29,590 nt of DNA from Polyangiaceae bacterium (GTDB taxonomy: Bacteria; Myxococcota_A; Polyangia; Polyangiales; Polyangiaceae). The notes under the pieces were generated by a model that was given only the letters and a program-made list of their open reading frames with translations, ran no database searches and was not told the origin of the DNA. The translations under genes were made by a program, and so were the position numbers. The stretch spans positions 1 through 29,590 of the forward strand of contig JBGANF010000104.1 of assembly GCA_044222475.1 (NCBI GenBank), read 5' to 3'. Below, piece by piece: positions 8,274 through 15,470 of this stretch. Position 1 is the stretch's first letter. Each line of letters starts with the position of its first letter.

Positions 8274-10681
8274 GCAAGGTCCTCGTCCTCGGCCCGGGGG
8301 CGACGCGGCTCGGTGACGCCGACGCGTTCGACATGGCGATCGTCGAAGCCGTGTCGGCGCTCCGGAGCGACGGGCACGACGTGGTCGTGGTCACGCCTCG
8401 GTTGTCCGCGCCGGTGTGCGTCGGTACGGGCGCGCTCTACGTCGAGCCGCTCACGCCAGCTTCGGTTCAGGCCATCGTCGCGAAGGAGAAACCGGATCAC
8501 GTCCTCTCCGCGCTGGGCGGGCTCGACGCGCGCACCGCAGTCGACCTCGCGGCGAGCGAGCCCGTCGATGCCAGGCACGAGGGTGACGGGGCCGAGCTCG
8601 AGGTCATCGTCGCGCGCGACGGGAGCGGCGCGGCGCGCGTCGTGGGCATCAGCGAGCTCGTGTGCGGGCGCGGCATCGCATCCGGCGATGCGATCGCCGT
8701 GTTTCCCCCGCGAATCGACGAAGAAGAGCGCGCGGAGGCGGAGTCGGCGGCTCTCGAAGCGTTCAGGAGCGTCGGGACGGTGAGCGGCGCTCTCGGCACG
8801 GTGCGCTTGGGTCTTCCGGACACGCAAGGATCGCCTCGGATCCTCGCGGTACGCTCGTGGTACACGCGTGGCGTCGCGTTCGCGGCGCGGGCGCTCGGGA
8901 TCGATCTCGGTGCTGCGTTCGCCCGACTCGCGCTCGGGGCGACGCTCGGCGCCGTCTTCCCGTCGCCTCCGACGCGTCGCGATCTCGTCGTGGTGCGCGT
9001 GCCGCGGTTCTCCTTCGAACCGTTTGGCTCCCGCGCTCTCGACGGCACGCCCAAGAGCACGGGCGAGGCGTACGGCGTCGGATCGACGTTCCACGAAGCG
9101 TGGCTCCACGCGGTTCGTGCGATCGATCGGCCGTTGCCGCGCGGTGACCATCGATCCGCCGTGGACGGCCGTCTCGAGCACCTCCTCGGCGCGCTGCGAG
9201 GCGGGGGAGAAGCCGCCGAGCTCGCGCGCGCGGGCGAGGTGCGGCCGTGGGTCGTCGACGAGCTGGCCGCAGCGCTGGCCGTGGAGCGAGCATTTCTCGA
9301 GTCGCCCAGCGATGCGGCTGCGATCCTCGCGGCAAAGCAGGCCGGCTTCTCGGACGCGCACCTCGCCTCGGCGAGCGGTCGCACCGAACAGGAGATGCGC
9401 GACGTGCGACACGCGCACGACGTCGTTCCGCGATGGCGTGTCGTTCATGGCAACGTCGGCGCGCTGACGTACGACGCGGGGACGACGCCGCCGCGCGCCG
9501 AGCTCGTCGTCGAAGGACCGGGCCCGACCCGAATCGGGCGCACCTCCGAGGTCGAGTCCTGCACGGTCGAAGGATTGCTCCGGTTGCGCGAGCGGCGCCG
9601 CACCGCCGTTCTCGTTCACACTGCGCCTCGAGGACCCGCCGCCGCGACGGCGGAGAGCGTCTGCCTCGGCGCACTGGACGGCGAGACGCTTTCGGATCTC
9701 GCGCGGCTCGTCGGAGCCACCACGACGCTTGCGCCGCTCGCCGCCGTCGATCGCGGCACGCCCATCGTCCCCGCCGACGCACGAAAGGTCGATGTCGACT
9801 TGCTCTGCGATCGGACGCACGCGTGCGTCTGTGGCGTCGTGGAGTACGTCGAGCGCGCCGCGGTCCACGCCGGCGATTCGGCAGCGTTCGTCCCCCCGCA
9901 GCTCCTCGCGCCCGAGCTCCAAAGGCTCGTCGAGGCGCGCGCGAAGGAGGCCGCCCTCGCGCTCGGTCGTCCGGGCGCGGTGCGGGTGCGCGTCGCCATC
10001 GCCGCGGGCGATCTCCAGGTCGTCGAGGCGGCCGCTGGCGCGAGCACGACGCTCGCGCTCCACTCGCGCGTCTCGGGGGCCTTCTTCGCGATCGATGCGA
10101 TCGACTTGATGCTCGGGGCGGCGCTCGAGCGAACCGATGCGCCCGTCCCTCCGTTCGTCGTGGCGCGCGAGTGCGTGCTTCCGTTCCGCTTCCTCGACAC
10201 CGAGGACACCCGTCTCGGTTCCGCGATGTGCTCCACCGGCCATGGGTACGGGTTCGCCGACACGGTGCCTCGCGCGTACGCGAAGGCGCTCGCGAGCGTG
10301 GGCGTCGCGCTCAAACGGCCGAGCATCGAGCGACCGGTGGCGCTCCTCGTGTTCGCCGGCGCCGAGAAGAGCGGCGCGGTCGACGTCGCACGACGACTTC
10401 GCGCGCTCGGCTTCGAGCTGCGCGTCAAAGGAGTTCTCGGCGACATGCTGCGCGCGATGCGCATCCCTCACGAGCTCGCGAACGCGGACCCGTTCGCGCG
10501 CGCGGACGTCGGTCTCGCGATCGTCTCGGCGGCCGCCGACGCCGAGAACGAAGACACGCGCGCGCTGCGACGCCACGCGATGCAGAGCGCCGTGCCGTAC
10601 GTGACGACGATCGAGCTCGCGCTCGCGGTTTGTGCCGTTCTCGAAGAATCGGGCATCCCAGCACCCATTCGCTTTCGCTGA
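8270..10681 (+). CDS. carB: Highly divergent, internally deleted carbamoyl-phosphate synthase large-subunit homologue (803 aa), probably catalytically inactive
   Basis: ATG at 8270 overlaps the argH stop, with GGAGGG RBS. Colinear with CarB: KVLVLGPG, LYVEPL, KEKPD, VPRFSFE, KSTGE, AKQAGFSD (oligomerisation domain), GPGPTRIG, VHAGDS, ECVLPF, MCSTG and an MGS-like C-terminus ending VPYVTT. ATP-grasp cores are shortened and catalytic motifs replaced. Confidence 0.85.
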   Translation: MSKVLVLGPGATRLGDADAFDMAIVEAVSALRSDGHDVVVVTPRLSAPVCVGTGALYVEPLTPASVQAIVAKEKPDHVLSALGGLDARTAVDLAASEPVDARHEGDGAELEVIVARDGSGAARVVGISELVCGRGIASGDAIAVFPPRIDEEERAEAESAALEAFRSVGTVSGALGTVRLGLPDTQGSPRILAVRSWYTRGVAFAARALGIDLGAAFARLALGATLGAVFPSPPTRRDLVVVRVPRFSFEPFGSRALDGTPKSTGEAYGVGSTFHEAWLHAVRAIDRPLPRGDHRSAVDGRLEHLLGALRGGGEAAELARAGEVRPWVVDELAAALAVERAFLESPSDAAAILAAKQAGFSDAHLASASGRTEQEMRDVRHAHDVVPRWRVVHGNVGALTYDAGTTPPRAELVVEGPGPTRIGRTSEVESCTVEGLLRLRERRRTAVLVHTAPRGPAAATAESVCLGALDGETLSDLARLVGATTTLAPLAAVDRGTPIVPADARKVDVDLLCDRTHACVCGVVEYVERAAVHAGDSAAFVPPQLLAPELQRLVEARAKEAALALGRPGAVRVRVAIAAGDLQVVEAAAGASTTLALHSRVSGAFFAIDAIDLMLGAALERTDAPVPPFVVARECVLPFRFLDTEDTRLGSAMCSTGHGYGFADTVPRAYAKALASVGVALKRPSIERPVALLVFAGAEKSGAVDVARRLRALGFELRVKGVLGDMLRAMRIPHELANADPFARADVGLAIVSAAADAENEDTRALRRHAMQSAVPYVTTIELALAVCAVLEESGIPAPIRFR

Positions 10682-10746
10682 TGGCGCACGCTTTGCGCGT
10701 CGGATTTACGGTTTCCGATCGTCTCGGGCGGCGTTAGCGTCTCCTC

Positions 10747-12453
10747 ATGAGCGACTCCTTCGACGATCTGGTGGGGACGAAGGTGATCGAAACCCGCAAG
10801 GCCGGAGTGTGGCTGCTGCACAACCCGTCCACGAACCAAGGCACGGCGTTCAATCGCGAGCAGCGCGACGATCTGCGCGTACGCGGCATGGTTCCGTATC
10901 GGGTGACGACCCTGGAAGAGCAAGCGAACGCAGTCATCGAGCAGATCCGCGCGAAGCCGAGCGCGCTCGAGCGCTACATCGGCATGGCGAGCCTCCACGA
11001 TCGGAACGAGGTGCTCTTCTACCGCGTCCTCGTCGACCACGTGGCCGAGCTGATGCCTATCGTCTACACGCCGACGGTCGGCGAGGCGTGCCAGAAGTTC
11101 AGCCGCATCTATCGCACCGCGCGCGGCCTCTGGATCACCCCCGACGACGTGAACGACATCGAGCACGTCCTTCGCAACTCGCCCTACCGCGACATCCGCC
11201 TCATCGTCGCGACCGACAACGAGCGCATCCTCGGGCTCGGTGATCAAGGTTGCGGCGGCATGGGCATCCCGATCGGCAAGCTCGCCCTCTACGTCGCGGG
11301 CGCTGGAATCCACCCTTCGAAATGTCTCCCGATCAGCCTCGACGTCGGGACCGACAACGCCGAGCTGCTCGCCGACCCGCTCTACCTCGGGTACCCGAAG
11401 AAGCGGCTCCGTGGTCGCGAGTACGACGCGTTCATCGAAGCCTTCGTCCGCGGAGTGCGTGAGGTGTTCCCGCGCGCGATCCTGCAGTGGGAAGACTTCC
11501 ACAAGGACCGCGCGTTCAACCTCCTCGAGCGGTACAAGAAGCGCCTGCCGTCGTTCAACGACGACATCCAGGGCACCGCCAGCGTCGTCGTCGGCGGGAT
11601 CATGGCGGCGCTCCGGATCACGAAGCAGAGCATGGCGCAGCAGCGGATCGTGTTCGTCGGTGCCGGCGCCGCGTGTACCGGCATCGCGCGGCTCTGCGCG
11701 ATCGCGATGCGAGCCGCGGGCGCCGACGATGCCACCGTGCGCCGCGCCATCGTCGCGTTCGACACCCACGGGCTCGTCCACGACGGTCGCACTCTCGACG
11801 AGCCGCACAAACGCGAGATAGCGCTGCCCCGCGAGATCATGGCCGAGTACGGCCTCGACCCGAACGCGGCGCTCACCCCCAGCCACGCGATTCGGGCCGT
11901 CAAGCCGACCATCCTCGTCGGCGCGACGGCCCGCGCCGGCGCGTTCACCGAGGAGATGATCCGGACGATGGCCTCGCAGGTCCCTCGTCCCATCGTCCTC
12001 CCGCTCAGCAACCCGACGAGCAAAGCCGAGTGCACCGCCGAGGAGGCGATCTCTTGGTCGGGTGGTCGCGCGCTCGTCGCGACCGGAAGCCCCTTCCCCG
12101 ACGTGGACTTCGACGGAAAGCGCCACGTGATCGGACAGGCGAACAACGTGTTCGTGTTCCCCGGCGTGGGGCTCGGCGCGGCGATCGCAGAGGTTCGTGA
12201 GGTCACGACCGAGATGTTCCACATCGCCTCGGCCACCCTCGCGCGGCACGTGAGCCAGGAGCGCCTCGATGCGGGGGCGATCTACCCCCACCAGAACGAG
12301 CTGCGGAAGGTGAGCTACGAGATCGCCTGCGCGGTGGTCCGCTACGCGAGCGAGCACGATCTGGGCCGGCGGATCGACGACGACGCCGTCGAGGCGACGG
12401 TGCGAGCCGCGGTTTGGGATCCGGCATACGCCCCCGTCAAGCACCGGATATGA
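10747..12453 (+). CDS. maeA: NAD(P)-dependent malic enzyme (large MaeA/SfcA type)
   Basis: PIVYTPTVGEAC, RILGLGDQG, GKLALY, WEDF, FNDDIQGT, GAGAA, PLSNPT, GQANN. Confidence 0.93.
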   Translation: MSDSFDDLVGTKVIETRKAGVWLLHNPSTNQGTAFNREQRDDLRVRGMVPYRVTTLEEQANAVIEQIRAKPSALERYIGMASLHDRNEVLFYRVLVDHVAELMPIVYTPTVGEACQKFSRIYRTARGLWITPDDVNDIEHVLRNSPYRDIRLIVATDNERILGLGDQGCGGMGIPIGKLALYVAGAGIHPSKCLPISLDVGTDNAELLADPLYLGYPKKRLRGREYDAFIEAFVRGVREVFPRAILQWEDFHKDRAFNLLERYKKRLPSFNDDIQGTASVVVGGIMAALRITKQSMAQQRIVFVGAGAACTGIARLCAIAMRAAGADDATVRRAIVAFDTHGLVHDGRTLDEPHKREIALPREIMAEYGLDPNAALTPSHAIRAVKPTILVGATARAGAFTEEMIRTMASQVPRPIVLPLSNPTSKAECTAEEAISWSGGRALVATGSPFPDVDFDGKRHVIGQANNVFVFPGVGLGAAIAEVREVTTEMFHIASATLARHVSQERLDAGAIYPHQNELRKVSYEIACAVVRYASEHDLGRRIDDDAVEATVRAAVWDPAYAPVKHRI

Positions 12454-12460
12454 TCCTGGT

Positions 12461-14962
12461 GTGTCGGACGTCTCCTGCCGCGCCTTCTCGTGGTTTCAAG
12501 CGTGCGCGCGCGCCGGACTGATCTCCATCGACGATCTCCTCGAAGGCTCGCCGGTTCCTCGGTCGACCCTCGAACGACCGACGGCTCGCGTCCGCTGGGA
12601 CGACTGGGCTGCGCTCTGTGATCGATTCGCCACGCTGATCGGCAGCGAGGAGGCGCTCGAGGCGACCGGTGAGCTCATCCTCGACTCCGAGCTCGCGGGG
12701 CCGCTCGTCGGGATCGCCGGCATGCTGACCGATCCGGTGGACCTCTACCGCGTCGGCTTCCGCTTCGTCGGACCGATGACCTACAAGAACCTCGAGTTCG
12801 GCCTCGAGCGGCTCCCCCATCGCGAGCTTCGAGCGAGGGTTGCGATTCCGGAACCGTACCGCGGCTGTCGCCCATGGATGATCATCGCCGTGGGCGCCCT
12901 TCGCGCGCTCCCGAGGTTCCTCGGCGCCACCGACACCGTCGTAGTCCGCGAAGTGCTCGACGATCGACGACTCGTCGTACGCCTGCGTCCGCCGCCTTCG
13001 CGCTCGATCTTCCATCGCATCGGGACGCGCCTGTCGGGGATCACCGGGCACGACGCTCTGGTTCGAGAGTTGGAGTTCCAGCAACGACAGCTCTCCGAGT
13101 CCTGGCAGGCGCTCGAGCGCTCGGAGCACGGGTTCCGTGCTGCGCTCGAGGCGCTGCCCGCAGGCGTGGCGATCCATCACGGTGGCAAGCTCCGGCTCGC
13201 CAACCCGGCGCTCCGCGCGTTGCTCGGCATGGAGAGCGGGGAGTCACTCCCTGCCTGGGACCTCGCAGACCGCGCGGTGCCGAGGGATCGCGCGACATGG
13301 AAATCGATCCTCGACGGACACGCGCCAGGACACCACTCGGTGGGGCTCCTTCGCGCCGACGGCAGCACCGTCGACGTCCTCGCGCGGGGAGTGGCGAGCG
13401 TGACGTTCGACGGACACCCGGCTGGGCTGGTGTTGGTCGTCGATCGAAGCGAGGAGGTCCGCGCGCTCCACGAAGCGGCGCGCTCCGAGCGCCTCGTCCA
13501 CGCGCTCCACGAAGCCCTACCCGATCTCGTCCTCCGTCTCGATGGCGACGTCCTCGTCGAGGTTCACGCCGGTCGCGACCACCCCGACGCGATGTCGATG
13601 CTCACGCCGCTCGTGGGCACCAACCTGTTCGAGGTCGTCCGTCACTTCGCCGGATCGATTCAAGGGTCGGACGCGACGACGTCGATGCTCGCCACGCTCG
13701 AGCGCGCGCAGCGTGAACGCACGCCGGTCGTGGTGCGCTTCGCCGTCGATCACATGGGCCCGCTCCAGCTCGAGGCGCGGTTCATCCCTCTGCCCGAGCG
13801 CGAGGCCGTGGTCCTCGTTCGTGACGTCACCGAGCTCACGCGGCTCCAAGAAGAGCTCACGCTCTCGGCGCGGATGACCTCGGTGGGAACGCTTGCCGCC
13901 GGCGTCGCACACGAGGTGAACAACCCTCTGACCTACGTCGAGAGCAACCTCGAGCTCGCGATCGAGCAGCTGTCGTCGGGGTCTCACGATCCGACGGCGG
14001 TGATCGACGGACTGCAGGAGGCGCTCGAAGGGACGCGTCGCGTGGGGCAGATCGTCCGCCAGCTCGGCGATCTCTCGAGGCCGCTCGCACCTCAGCCGGC
14101 GAGGGTGGACCTGGCGGAGGCCGCTTCGCGCGCGCTCAGCCTGACGGGAAACGAGCTGCGCCATCGTGCGCAAGTCGAGCGCCGCTTCGCGGCAGCGCCG
14201 CCCGCCTGGGCCGACCCACAACAGGTGGTTCAGGTGCTCGTCAACCTACTCATCAACGCGGCCCAGGCGATCGAGCCAGGCAACGTCGCCGGTCACCGCA
14301 TCACGGTCGCGATCGACACAGACGAAGAGGGCCGACCTCGCGTGCGCATCGTCGATACGGGCATCGGGATGACGCCGGAGGTGCGGTCTCGCATCTTCGA
14401 CCCCTTCTTCACCACGAAGCACGGGGCGGGCTCGGGGCTAGGCCTCGCGATCAGTCAGCGGCTGGTCACCGCGGCTGGTGGGTCGTTGTCGGTCGAGAGC
14501 GAGCCGGGTCGGGGGAGCACGCTCACCCTGGTGCTACCGCGCGCGGAAGGTCAGGCGCAGGTGGCGTCCGAAGATCGAGAGGCGATCGCCCCGCGCCGGT
14601 CGAGGCTCCTCATCGTGGACGACGACCCTCCGGTCGGTCGCGCGCTCGTGCGGTCGCTCGGCGATCACGACGCGACGTGGGTGCCGTCCGTCGAGGCGGC
14701 GCTCGCCGAGGTGTCGACCAACCCGCCCGACCTCGTCATCTGCGACGTGATGATGCCGGATCGATCGGGCATGGATTTCTTCGAGGCCGCGTGCGCCGCA
14801 CGACCAGAGCTGCGCAGCCGGATCGTGTTCCTCTCGGGCGGAGTGTTCGTGCCGGGAGACGAATCGCGCGTTCGCGAGAGTGGGTGTCCGGTCTGGAACA
14901 AGCCGATCAGCCCAGACGAGCTTCGTCGCCGCGTCGCGGCGATGCTTCGCGATGCTCAGTGA
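12461..14962 (+). CDS. Soluble hybrid sensor histidine kinase/response regulator with PAS-like domains
   Basis: H-box LAAGVAHEVNNPL, N-box NLLINAAQA, DTGIGM, FDPFFTTK..GSGLGL. Receiver LLIVDDD..ICDVMMP..FLSG..KP. Two PAS-like segments and no obvious TM helix. Confidence 0.92.
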   Translation: MSDVSCRAFSWFQACARAGLISIDDLLEGSPVPRSTLERPTARVRWDDWAALCDRFATLIGSEEALEATGELILDSELAGPLVGIAGMLTDPVDLYRVGFRFVGPMTYKNLEFGLERLPHRELRARVAIPEPYRGCRPWMIIAVGALRALPRFLGATDTVVVREVLDDRRLVVRLRPPPSRSIFHRIGTRLSGITGHDALVRELEFQQRQLSESWQALERSEHGFRAALEALPAGVAIHHGGKLRLANPALRALLGMESGESLPAWDLADRAVPRDRATWKSILDGHAPGHHSVGLLRADGSTVDVLARGVASVTFDGHPAGLVLVVDRSEEVRALHEAARSERLVHALHEALPDLVLRLDGDVLVEVHAGRDHPDAMSMLTPLVGTNLFEVVRHFAGSIQGSDATTSMLATLERAQRERTPVVVRFAVDHMGPLQLEARFIPLPEREAVVLVRDVTELTRLQEELTLSARMTSVGTLAAGVAHEVNNPLTYVESNLELAIEQLSSGSHDPTAVIDGLQEALEGTRRVGQIVRQLGDLSRPLAPQPARVDLAEAASRALSLTGNELRHRAQVERRFAAAPPAWADPQQVVQVLVNLLINAAQAIEPGNVAGHRITVAIDTDEEGRPRVRIVDTGIGMTPEVRSRIFDPFFTTKHGAGSGLGLAISQRLVTAAGGSLSVESEPGRGSTLTLVLPRAEGQAQVASEDREAIAPRRSRLLIVDDDPPVGRALVRSLGDHDATWVPSVEAALAEVSTNPPDLVICDVMMPDRSGMDFFEAACAARPELRSRIVFLSGGVFVPGDESRVRESGCPVWNKPISPDELRRRVAAMLRDAQ

Positions 14963-15438
14963 AACGCGCTGCTCTCGTGCGGGCGCGCCCAAGGGAAGCC
15001 CCACACGAGCCGCGAGCGGGTGAGCGCCTTGCTCTCGAAGTCTGCGCGCACGCGCGACGGAAGCTCGTCGAGGGTGCGACGTGAGCGCTGGACCCGCTCG
15101 CTCCCATCTTCGAACTGCACGCGGAGCACGACCTCGATCCCGCCGTCGAGGGCGTCCTTGAGGAACTCGACCTCGACGGTACGCACGACGTCCTCGAGAG
15201 CGGACACGACATCGGGGTCGGGATCACCGCCGAGCGCTTTGGCCACGCGCTTGGCTTCGATCCCGTCGGGCATCCGATCGCGAAGGACCGGCGACAGCTC
15301 CGACACGACCCACTGATCGAGGTCGCGCTCGTTGCGATCGGTCTCCCGCGCGCCATCGCCCTTTCGCGCGCGCGCCATCAGGTAGACGACGAGACCAGCG
15401 ACGGCGAGCCCGATGAGAGCGAGGAGGATGGGCGACAT
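14956..15438 (-). CDS. Hypothetical protein with N-terminal membrane anchor
   Basis: Hydrophobic N-terminus (ILLALIGLAVAGLVVYL) followed by a globular-looking domain. TAGGAT sits 6 nt upstream of the ATG. Confidence 0.7.
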   Translation of the reverse strand: MSPILLALIGLAVAGLVVYLMARARKGDGARETDRNERDLDQWVVSELSPVLRDRMPDGIEAKRVAKALGGDPDPDVVSALEDVVRTVEVEFLKDALDGGIEVVLRVQFEDGSERVQRSRRTLDELPSRVRADFESKALTRSRLVWGFPWARPHESSAFH

Positions 15439-15470
15439 CCACCCATCCTAGCTCACTTGATGACGCTCGA

